Positions 55,640-62,218 of a stretch of 64,000 nucleotides of DNA are shown piece after piece. Each line of letters starts with the position of its first letter. Position 1 is the stretch's first letter. The DNA is from a virus, in the IMG/VR virus record IMGVR_UViG_3300024299_000001, positions 32,001-96,000 of that record, one strand, 5' to 3'. The notes under the pieces are model-generated. The model had not been told where the DNA came from and searched no databases. It saw only the letters and a list, made by a program, of their open reading frames with translations. Made by a program: the position numbers and the translations under genes.

Positions 55640-56303
55640 TCACCAACGTACTCTCAGCAATGGTCTTAACTGAGTGTGAACCATTAAGAATAAGCTCTTG
55701 CTGTTGCTTAGCTAATTTGAGAGTAGTTTCTCTTAAAGTCCTGATAGAGTCATCCTGTTTTACTGTAATATCTAACTCCAGTTTAGAGGATTCTGGGGGT
55801 TTCAAATGAACCATTACACTGTTGGCTGCATCAGATCTTACTTTCTCTGACTTGGCATGATGCATCAGGTCAACTTGAGTATTCAAAGCATCCTGGTACG
55901 CGGGGGCATTCAGTACATGAAAGGGTACTAGTGTCTGTTCAAAAATAAGATTAACTAATTTACTCTTGTTATAGGCAGTGGTGTAACTCGCAATATCCTT
56001 TTGAGCTACACCATCTGCCAGAAAGCCTACATACTTATCCGGAAAGGTTTTGATGTAAGCATCTTTATTTGTATGACCCAATAACTTAAAACTAACATAT
56101 TTCACTGCACTGATATAGCTGGTCATCTTAAACCGGCCTTCAGTCATCACATTGGTATAGCTTAACAGGTTCTCTCGGAAATGTTCCAAAGCCTCCGGAT
56201 TCATCAGCATATCATTAATATCATCAATGATCTGAGGATTAACTAATTTCTTAACCGTTACCGGTAGTGCAGCTTTAAATTGTTCTTCAGTTATTGGGTC
56301 CAT
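55629..56303 (-). CDS. hypothetical protein in the small-terminase position
   Basis: 224-aa ORF that overlaps the terL start by 11 nt. No diagnostic motif was seen. Confidence 0.6.
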   Translation of the reverse strand: MDPITEEQFKAALPVTVKKLVNPQIIDDINDMLMNPEALEHFRENLLSYTNVMTEGRFKMTSYISAVKYVSFKLLGHTNKDAYIKTFPDKYVGFLADGVAQKDIASYTTAYNKSKLVNLIFEQTLVPFHVLNAPAYQDALNTQVDLMHHAKSEKVRSDAANSVMVHLKPPESSKLELDITVKQDDSIRTLRETTLKLAKQQQELILNGSHSVKTIAESTLVNDD

Positions 56304-56311
56304 GGTTTATC

Positions 56312-56836
56312 CTATTTTATAATCATCCAATCATCAGCCAGCATATCAGTCTGTGAAGCTAACCAGCCTGGTAACCATTTCTTATCAGCAGTCCACATTG
56401 CAATATACGGAAGCGTTACAAGGGGTGTGTCTTCACCAATCCATTTTGCGGTTCGATCATTAACCTTTCTATCTGTCCCTTGTGTTGAGAAAGGAGGTAA
56501 AGTCATTCCAGTCATAAGTACCAACCACATATCTTTACCATTCCAACCTGCCCGGGCAACCTTATGCCCAGTTTTAAGTGCTGCAATAGCTGTTCCAAAG
56601 GTCATAGAATCTTCAAGTGATTTATAAGCTGCCTCAAACACATCCATTGGGCTCCATGAGATATAATGACAACCGCTTTCCAAGGGTCCATCAAATTTAC
56701 CCTTAGCATTTGAGTAACCAACCATATAGCCATCAGCTAATGGTTCATCCGGAACATCCATTCTCTGTGAATCACAGTAATCTCCACGAGTCATAGGTGT
56801 TGCTTTAATAATTTTTGTACCAATAAACTTTTCCAT
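56312..56836 (-). CDS. two-domain protein: N-terminal small beta domain + C-terminal DUF2829 (Tad2-like) domain
   Basis: C-terminal half: 'MTFGTAIAALKTGHKVARAGWNGKDMWLVL...PYIAMWTADKKWLPGWLASQTDMLADDWMII', the DUF2829 signature. Confidence 0.75.
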   Translation of the reverse strand: MEKFIGTKIIKATPMTRGDYCDSQRMDVPDEPLADGYMVGYSNAKGKFDGPLESGCHYISWSPMDVFEAAYKSLEDSMTFGTAIAALKTGHKVARAGWNGKDMWLVLMTGMTLPPFSTQGTDRKVNDRTAKWIGEDTPLVTLPYIAMWTADKKWLPGWLASQTDMLADDWMIIK

Positions 56837-56844
56837 CTTTCCTC

Positions 56845-57048
56845 CTAAGCTGGTTCTAAATTATCTTCAAAATACTTACGGGCCACATACCACTGGTCAG
56901 CATGATTCTGTGGATTCCGGGCTACCATACCCATATCATTTTCAGGGTCATCTACTTCAGCTACTGAAATATCTGTTAAATCTTCTCCTTTTACATAAGG
57001 ACGCATCTCAGATAAACCTTTTCTTTTGTACTGTTTAAATTCTTCCAT
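56845..57048 (-). CDS. hypothetical small protein
   Basis: 67-aa ORF with a GGAGGAGG SD. Confidence 0.65.
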   Translation of the reverse strand: MEEFKQYKRKGLSEMRPYVKGEDLTDISVAEVDDPENDMGMVARNPQNHADQWYVARKYFEDNLEPA

Positions 57049-57087
57049 CTTTCCTCCTCCTTGGGTTAGTGTATAGGGTAAGTATAG

Positions 57088-57318
57088 TCAAACATTTCTT
57101 AAAAGCAAGTTTTTTATTTTTAACTCTTTTAATTCTATCTCTAATTCCTTTAAAGTATTAAAAATAAAACCATCCTTTCGTTTTGGGAGTTTAACTTTAA
57201 AATCAATACGATCCATTGGGTAATTATAGCGTTGATCAACTTTAAAATTGTAATAACCAAATTGCTGTAACAACCGTCTAAAAGGCAAAGTATTTTTATA
57301 TTTAGCATCAGCTATCAT
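57088..57318 (-). CDS. hypothetical protein
   Basis: 76-aa ORF, ATGA-coupled. Confidence 0.6.
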   Translation of the reverse strand: MIADAKYKNTLPFRRLLQQFGYYNFKVDQRYNYPMDRIDFKVKLPKRKDGFIFNTLKELEIELKELKIKNLLLRNV

Positions 57319-57620
57319 AAAGAATTCCCCTCTATTTTAAAAGCATCTATAGTAAAATTAGCATATTGGGGCTTATTTACCTTATCCAGCAATAGGTCTT
57401 TCATCTTTAATTCGTTATTATGTTTTTTAACAGCCTCAATACATTCTTCTTCTGAACCAAAAATATAAACTAACAGCATACCTAAAGACTCAACGTATGC
57501 ATGGCATGCACAGCTGGAGTCTTCTTTGTAAACACTGGCCCCAGAACGCTTATGCTTCACAGCAAACAAGCAGTTCCTTTCCCACTTCTTATCCTGGAAT
57601 AATTCACGGTTATCAATCAT
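57315..57620 (-). CDS. hypothetical protein
   Basis: 101-aa ORF. Confidence 0.6.
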   Translation of the reverse strand: MIDNRELFQDKKWERNCLFAVKHKRSGASVYKEDSSCACHAYVESLGMLLVYIFGSEEECIEAVKKHNNELKMKDLLLDKVNKPQYANFTIDAFKIEGNSL

Positions 57621-57667
57621 TAAATTCCTTTGGTTTAGTTTATTTAAAATAATATTTTTTATTTATA

Positions 57668-57765
57668 CCCCTTGGGAATACACTACGCAATTTACGCCGG
57701 ACTCTCGCTGCGCTACGCTTGCTCGCCCGGTCTCATTGCTCCGTATTCCCTGCGGGTAATGGGGG
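57668..57765 (-). other. GC-rich structured intercistronic element
   Basis: An 8-bp closing stem gggaatac(57674-81)/gtattccc(57743-50), with outer cccc/gggg, encloses a ~60-nt GC-rich core in an otherwise AT-rich spacer. Confidence 0.35.
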
Positions 57766-57787
57766 TTGGTGTCTTACTATATAATAT

Positions 57788-58216
57788 TTATTTTTCATTG
57801 GTTAATTCTCCTTTATTCTCCCACTGTTCAAGCACATCATCAAAAGTAGAGAAATCTGATAGAACTGCCCGGGGGTTAATCAAGTAATGCTGCTGTTTAA
57901 TCCGTCTAACTAATCCCAAACCCTCAAGGGCTTTGTAGGCCACACTTAACCGATTAATAGCAACTTTACCCTCTGGCCGGTAAACAGCAATATTAGTGTA
58001 AGGGTCTCTTGAATCAACCAACTCCCACCATAGCCAGGCTACCTGCTTAGACATAGCCTGAATGGTCTTATACAAATGTGGGTAATTCTTAACTCTGGTT
58101 TGGTAACGCATATTCCCTCCAATACAATCATAAGATGGTGTTACTACTTTATGCTTAACCTTCCGGCTAATATAAACCTCTTCATCATCTCCGATAACCT
58201 CTACAAACTGTGTCAT
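57788..58216 (-). CDS. winged-helix-like DNA-binding protein; first gene of the leftward block
   Basis: 142 aa. 'INRLSVAYKALEGLGLVRRIKQQHYLINP' looks like a wHTH recognition helix plus wing. Confidence 0.5.
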   Translation of the reverse strand: MTQFVEVIGDDEEVYISRKVKHKVVTPSYDCIGGNMRYQTRVKNYPHLYKTIQAMSKQVAWLWWELVDSRDPYTNIAVYRPEGKVAINRLSVAYKALEGLGLVRRIKQQHYLINPRAVLSDFSTFDDVLEQWENKGELTNEK

Positions 58217-58246
58217 AGTTTATCCCCTTATTTTATGGATAAACAC

Positions 58247-58274
58247 AGCATACCATATAAAACATGTAAGTCAA
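58247..58274 (-). promoter_or_regulatory. sigma70-like promoter for the leftward block
   Basis: On the minus strand: TTGACT, 16 nt, (TGg)TATGCT. The -10 lies ~31 nt upstream of the ATG at 58216. Confidence 0.35.
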
Positions 58275-58356
58275 GGACTATTTTCCCATAAAAAGTGTGG
58301 TAAGAAATTGTTCATAACTATTTGAAATTATTAGTGATTCGCAGATTGGTGACGTC

Positions 58357-58397
58357 TATATATATATTATTTGCGCGTACATGCGCGCGCGTATATA
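58357..58397. repeat. (TA)5-type run followed by a 26-nt perfectly alternating pyrimidine/purine GC-rich tract
   Basis: tatatatatat (58357-67) and tgcgcgtacatgcgcgcgcgtatata (58372-97). Confidence 0.8.
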
Positions 58398-58507
58398 AGA
58401 GCATGCTGCGCATACCCATGTTTCGCTACGCTCAACTAAGAGCAACTAAAACTGAACCAAAGAGAAAGAACACAAGATCGGTAGATCTGTAACCGATTAT
58501 TAAGGGT

Positions 58508-58520
58508 GCGCCAGAGGCGC
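58508..58520 (+). other. 5-bp stem / 3-nt loop DNA hairpin GCGCC-AGA-GGCGC
   Basis: Perfect inverted repeat read directly from the sequence. Confidence 0.6.
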
Positions 58521-58527
58521 GTAAAAA

Positions 58528-58563
58528 GAAAAAGGACCGAGTTTACCAAGCCCGATCCTTTTT
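58528..58563. other. A-run/T-run flanked hairpin (bidirectional-terminator-like)
   Basis: gaaaaaggaccg...cgatccttttt gives an 11-bp stem with one mismatch. No gene ends here on either strand. Confidence 0.35.
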
Positions 58564-58658
58564 CAACAACCACTAACCAAAAGGAGTTTAACATGTCCCA
58601 TGAGAAGACATTAACTAAAACCTATACTAATTAAATTTAACTTGCAAGTAATAAAACT

Positions 58659-58694
58659 AAAAAAGAGTAAACTAGTTAAAGTTCACTCTTTTTC
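58659..58694. other. A-run/T-run flanked hairpin
   Basis: aaaaaagagtaaac-tagttaaa-gttcactcttttt gives a 9-bp core with one mismatch. Confidence 0.35.
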
Positions 58695-58784
58695 AGGGAG
58701 GTTAAAAAAAGGCCCGTGAGAAACCTTAATATTACTATTATATTATATAATTACCTTAAGCAAGTAATTTTAACTTTTTGCAAC

Positions 58785-58968
58785 TTTTCTCAAAAAATAA
58801 AATTTGAGTACACCGGTAGTTCTGTTTCAGGTTTTTCAGAAAAAAATAAATTAGACGTAGATGAAGTTCGGTTCCAGGTTTTTGTCAAAAAAATAAATTA
58901 CGTACAGATGAAGAGTTTGCGAGTTTTTTAAAAAAATAAAAATTACGTACACCGGTAGTTCTGCTCTG
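58785..58968. repeat. four tandem imperfect ~46-bp A-tract repeats
   Basis: Units are 58785-58831, 58832-58878, 58879-58923 and 58924-58968. The shared core is TTTTT-N-AAAAAATAAA(A)TT-ACGTA. The 17-nt gtacaccggtagttctg is exact in units 1 and 4. Confidence 0.85.
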
Positions 58969-59047
58969 TAAAGAGCCTACAACACAAACCCACCCCCGGG
59001 TGCTTAAAACTTTAGGGCTACGTTTTCATCACCCACCATCTGCCTGG

Positions 59048-59066
59048 CCTCTGGCTATATCAATGG
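59048..59066 (+). promoter_or_regulatory. phage promoter-like motif, copy a (cctctggctatatcaatgg)
   Basis: One of 5 copies of CCTCYGGYYATATNWWYGG. It lies 36 nt upstream of the ATG at 59102. Confidence 0.55.
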
Positions 59067-59101
59067 CACTAACGCCACAATCCCTAGCTAGGAGATTTAT
59101 C

Positions 59102-59359
59102 ATGTTTCAAAATTTAACCCGGGTAATGACCCGTACATCCGATGTCATTGTGGACACAATGGGTGTCCTATCTATTAACATGTCCTCACTTAAAGTCATA
59201 AGCGAAGGCGGTAACGTCAAAGCTGAGGACTTCAAAGCAGCATGTATCGATGATGCTGCTCTTGCCGCTGACAAGCGTAAGTATGACATCACAAAACAAC
59301 GTATTGACCTCGATGCCGATCATCAAGCGCTTCTGGCCACTCCTAAACCTAAGAAATAA
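59102..59359 (+). CDS. hypothetical early protein (85 aa)
   Basis: ATG at 59102 has an AGGAG SD 8 nt upstream. The track start at 59000 would run through the promoter-like motif. Confidence 0.6.
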   Translation: MFQNLTRVMTRTSDVIVDTMGVLSINMSSLKVISEGGNVKAEDFKAACIDDAALAADKRKYDITKQRIDLDADHQALLATPKPKK

Positions 59360-59367
59360 CCCTAACC

Positions 59368-59405
59368 AGCCATACCCAGTCCATCGGGTATGGCTTTACT
59401 CTTTT
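59368..59405 (+). terminator. rho-independent terminator
   Basis: Perfect 10-bp stem agccataccc/gggtatggct with an 8-nt loop, then ttactctttt. Confidence 0.7.
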
Positions 59406-59605
59406 ACTACACAAAGAACACATTAAGATAGTTGCTTTAAGATTGCTGTTTAGCTCCGTGCGTAAGAGGTCGTAATTACCTGTAATAACACTGTTATTTA
59501 AATGTTTACACTGTTTAGCTTGATTTAACATAGTTCATCACTCCGACCATCGGTCACTATACCTACCCGACATACTAACACCTTCAGTCTGTATCAACAC
59601 CTCTA

Positions 59606-59624
59606 CCTCCGGTTATATAAACGG
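59606..59624 (+). promoter_or_regulatory. phage promoter-like motif, copy b (cctccggttatataaacgg), with no ORF downstream
   Basis: The motif matches the consensus, but the next credible ORF is 477 nt away and sits behind another copy of the motif. Confidence 0.5.
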
Positions 59625-60031
59625 ATAGTTGTTATAAAGGCAAGTTCATCCATGTGACATATCTCCGTAACGAGATATATGCACGTTGAACTAGCAAAGC
59701 ATAACAACTGTTCCTTTGCTAGAAAGACATTACCGCCGAACGGCAATGAGCGGTAGTATCATGCATCGAAACTATAAATAAAGCCGACAAGCTTAGTGCA
59801 CTTGGAACTCCCAACGCACTAATTCACACCTTGGACCGTGTGTCTTAAATTACTAACCAGTTGGTTAGTCCATTATTTGATTGACCAGAATGGGGAGGTG
59901 TTTGAAAAGAATATGCATAGCTCGTTGCTTAATAACTGCAAGCATATCACCTAAATCTACATTGGTCTAATCATCTTAAAGCTATAACCTCTGGGCAAGG
60001 TTAAAAGAATACTGCCCATTAACTTGCCCAA
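59625..60031 (+). ncRNA. candidate structured non-coding transcript
   Basis: No ORF longer than 25 aa with an SD. An 83-nt nested hairpin spans 59627-59709, and at least five further perfect 5-8-bp stems follow. Confidence 0.3.
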
Positions 60032-60050
60032 CCTCCGGTTATATCAATGG
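60032..60050 (+). promoter_or_regulatory. phage promoter-like motif, copy c (cctccggttatatcaatgg)
   Basis: Lies 51 nt upstream of the ATG at 60101 and is followed by the 16-nt palindrome gaagtattaatacttc. Confidence 0.55.
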
Positions 60051-60100
60051 AAGTATTAATACTTCTTTAAACTAATTACTACTAATAGGAGCTACCAACC

Positions 60101-60274
60101 ATGCGTAATACTCAAACTGAAGAACTAACCAACTTACTCAATAATATTAATATTACTAACTTTCAAAAACAAATTAAAGCCTTTGATATTACTAAAAATC
60201 AATTCTTCTTTATTGATAAAGATACAGTTATTCATGCTTATTGTATTAAAGGTATTTGGTACTGCAAAGCTTAA
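60101..60274 (+). CDS. hypothetical early protein (57 aa)
   Basis: Hand-translated: MRNTQTEELTNLLNNINITNFQKQIKAFDITKNQFFFIDKDTVIHAYCIKGIWYCKA, with a TAGGAG SD. Confidence 0.55.
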   Translation: MRNTQTEELTNLLNNINITNFQKQIKAFDITKNQFFFIDKDTVIHAYCIKGIWYCKA

Positions 60275-60302
60275 TAATTATACCTTTCTAATTAAATTAT
60301 AA

Positions 60303-60326
60303 GTGTGGGCCTAACCGGGCTCACAC
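60303..60326 (+). other. stem-loop between early genes
   Basis: gtgtgggcc-taaccg-ggctcacac gives 9 bp including one G.T. No T-run follows. Confidence 0.4.
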
Positions 60327-60347
60327 ATTAACCAAAGGAGATAGACC

Positions 60348-60554
60348 ATGCGTAACCAAATCGGAGCACGTTACCTACATCACTGCATCAATCGTACTGA
60401 TAAGTCATTCAATGGCATCATTAACATTGCCAACCGACAATATGTTAGACTATCAGCAACTACCCTTAAACGCACTAAAACAGGAGACTTAAATAATGGA
60501 AAATCATTCAAGCAGTTCAGAAAATACAAAGAAAATAACCAGGTTTTGGGATGA
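60348..60554 (+). CDS. hypothetical basic early protein
   Basis: 68-aa ORF with an AAGGAG SD. It overlaps the RadC-like gene by 59 nt. Confidence 0.55.
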   Translation: MRNQIGARYLHHCINRTDKSFNGIINIANRQYVRLSATTLKRTKTGDLNNGKSFKQFRKYKENNQVLG

Positions 60555-61032
60555 CCTTAAATCCGGGCATTTTGCGTCTATGATCAAGGAATCCAGTAAG
60601 GGCAATGCTTTATCAAATGCCCAGGAGGTCTGTAATATCATGAAGCCTTTCTTTGCCAGGCATGACGACATCGAAAAAATGTACTGTATCTTACTGGATG
60701 CCAAAAATCACATCATTGCTATCGAAAAGATGTTTTCTGGCTCAATCACAAGTTCCGCAGTATACCCCAGAGAAATTGTAAAAAAGGTGTTGAAAAATAA
60801 AGCTGCAGCAATAATTTTGACACATAACCACCCGTCGGGCTCCACAAAGCCATCATCTGAAGATCTTATGATTACAGCACGAATTGGAATTGCACTTTCA
60901 AGCATTGATGTAACCTTGCATGACCATCTGATTATTGGAGAAAATTATTACAGTTTTTCTGAACAGGGATGGTTAGAGAAAACAAACCAAAAATATCAGG
61001 ATTTCATCTTTGCCAGCATCATAGCAGATTAA
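60496..61032 (+). CDS. radC: RadC-like JAB/JAMM domain protein
   Basis: 'ILTHNHPSGSTKPSSEDL' is an exact HxH-x7-S-xx-D JAMM motif, and 'DHLIIG' follows downstream. An AGGAG SD precedes the ATG at 60496. Confidence 0.8.
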   Translation: MENHSSSSENTKKITRFWDDLKSGHFASMIKESSKGNALSNAQEVCNIMKPFFARHDDIEKMYCILLDAKNHIIAIEKMFSGSITSSAVYPREIVKKVLKNKAAAIILTHNHPSGSTKPSSEDLMITARIGIALSSIDVTLHDHLIIGENYYSFSEQGWLEKTNQKYQDFIFASIIAD

Positions 61033-61056
61033 ACCCAGTTCAATAAAAATTAATAG

Positions 61057-61094
61057 AAACCTTTTGGAGTTGTTCCAAAGGGTTTTTTGTTTTT
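61057..61094 (+). terminator. rho-independent terminator after the RadC-like gene
   Basis: aaaccttttgga-gttgt-tccaaagggttt is followed by ttttgttttt. Confidence 0.75.
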
Positions 61095-61119
61095 GAATTA
61101 ATAACCAAGGAGAAGACCA

Positions 61120-61395
61120 ATGGCCAAAAAGCCTCATAACATTAAATTACAAGGCATCCTTCCTGACGGTCATATTGCTAAAACATCTGATGCTGACCAA
61201 GTATCAGCCTTCGTATCAATTGACCGCAAAGTATCTGTGGTAATACGCCCAGACAGAGCATTCCTTAGAACTCCCAAGGGTCACTATCAGCTTACCAAAC
61301 ATAAGAGTGCCAACCGGTACCAAGGCATTGTAGAGGGAAATAAAACCCACATAACCACCAAATTAATAGTTGGTAAAGTAATATGGTGGGCATAA
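61120..61395 (+). CDS. hypothetical early protein
   Basis: 91-aa ORF with an AAGGAG SD. Confidence 0.65.
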   Translation: MAKKPHNIKLQGILPDGHIAKTSDADQVSAFVSIDRKVSVVIRPDRAFLRTPKGHYQLTKHKSANRYQGIVEGNKTHITTKLIVGKVIWWA

Positions 61396-61420
61396 CTACA
61401 ACAGCTGGAGGTCGAACAGG

Positions 61421-61439
61421 CCTCCGGCTATATCTTTGG
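61421..61439 (+). promoter_or_regulatory. phage promoter-like motif, copy d (cctccggctatatctttgg)
   Basis: Lies 29 nt upstream of the ATG at 61468. Its 5' half can also pair with gctggagg (61404-11). Confidence 0.55.
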
Positions 61440-61467
61440 GTATTAATATTAAATAAAGGAGATAGTT

Positions 61468-61659
61468 ATGAAACTCTATGAACCCGTTGAACTCGGTGAA
61501 ACCATTAAAGCCGGTTATCAATTTAAACGCCGAGGAGAGAATACCTGGGTTAGCTTAGATCAGTCTTCGATCGATAGCTTTGTTGCAATAACCAAGAAAC
61601 CTATTATCTATGATGCCCTTGATCGTCTTTGTCGTAAACCATTAAAGGAGTTTGAATAA
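61468..61659 (+). CDS. hypothetical early protein
   Basis: 63-aa ORF with an AAGGAG SD. Confidence 0.65.
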   Translation: MKLYEPVELGETIKAGYQFKRRGENTWVSLDQSSIDSFVAITKKPIIYDALDRLCRKPLKEFE

Positions 61660-61745
61660 TGTGCAACAGGTACTGCTCATCCAAAAGAAATTAAAATATC
61701 ATTACAAACAACAATAGTTTAATTATAAATAAAGGAGTAATTATT

Positions 61746-62021
61746 ATGGTTCAGTCATTTTGGGACAGGCCTTCACCGGTTCTTACTCAACAAGAGTTAA
61801 AAAACTGTGAAACAGTACTTGCACAAATAAAAATAGATGGTAAATCTTCTTTATGCCCCATTAATACAAAATGTGAAAGTATTTGCTGTAAACTCTTTCC
61901 AGAATTACCTGACTATACATGTCCTTGTGGGTCTCAGTATAAACCCTTGCATCTTATCCGCGTACTTAATAAGTTAATCAGAGAGAATACTTACCGATTA
62001 AATAAAACAAAAGGAGACTGA
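61746..62021 (+). CDS. hypothetical Cys-rich protein
   Basis: 91-aa ORF with 8 Cys, including 'CESICC' and 'CPCG'. Confidence 0.6.
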   Translation: MVQSFWDRPSPVLTQQELKNCETVLAQIKIDGKSSLCPINTKCESICCKLFPELPDYTCPCGSQYKPLHLIRVLNKLIRENTYRLNKTKGD

Positions 62022-62026
62022 ACCAA

Positions 62027-62218
62027 ATGCCAAAGTATAAAATACATTGGACAGAAATCAGACAAGTCAGTTATCATACTGAAATAATTGCTGATAATAA
62101 GATTAGTGCCCAAAAGATGCTCTTTCATGATACTGATGAAGTTAGATCATCTGTTGAGAAAGTAGATGAAGACTGCTTTGATTATATATCTAAAATTAAA
62201 ATAGAGGAGATCAAATGA
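62027..62218 (+). CDS. hypothetical early protein
   Basis: 63-aa ORF, ATGA-coupled to the next gene. Confidence 0.6.
   Translation: MPKYKIHWTEIRQVSYHTEIIADNKISAQKMLFHDTDEVRSSVEKVDEDCFDYISKIKIEEIK

Noticed and set aside
57672-57887. 71-aa + strand ORF, and a possible tRNA suggested by the 8-bp closing stem gggaatac/gtattccc about 77 nt apart
   Set aside because: I tried to fold both strands into a cloverleaf. There is no D-arm pairing and no TTCRA-type T-loop. The ORF runs antisense into the wHTH gene and lacks an ATG or SD. I kept it only as an unexplained structured element.
58716-58931. 71-aa + strand track ORF (MRNLNITIILYNY...)
   Set aside because: It lies entirely within the tandem A-tract repeats, has no SD and starts at a non-ATG codon. 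Its low-complexity translation is an artefact of the repeats.
58785-58968. Possible CRISPR array
   Set aside because: There are only four units, they are directly adjacent with no unique spacers, they are AT-rich and imperfect, and no cas genes are present.
59000-59101. Longer N-terminus of the first early gene (track start 59000)
   Set aside because: That start is non-ATG with no SD and would read through the promoter-like motif at 59048. The ATG at 59102 has an AGGAG SD at ideal spacing.
59349-59531. 60-aa minus-strand ORF in the early region
   Set aside because: It is antisense to the early block, overlaps the 59368-59405 terminator hairpin, and has no SD.
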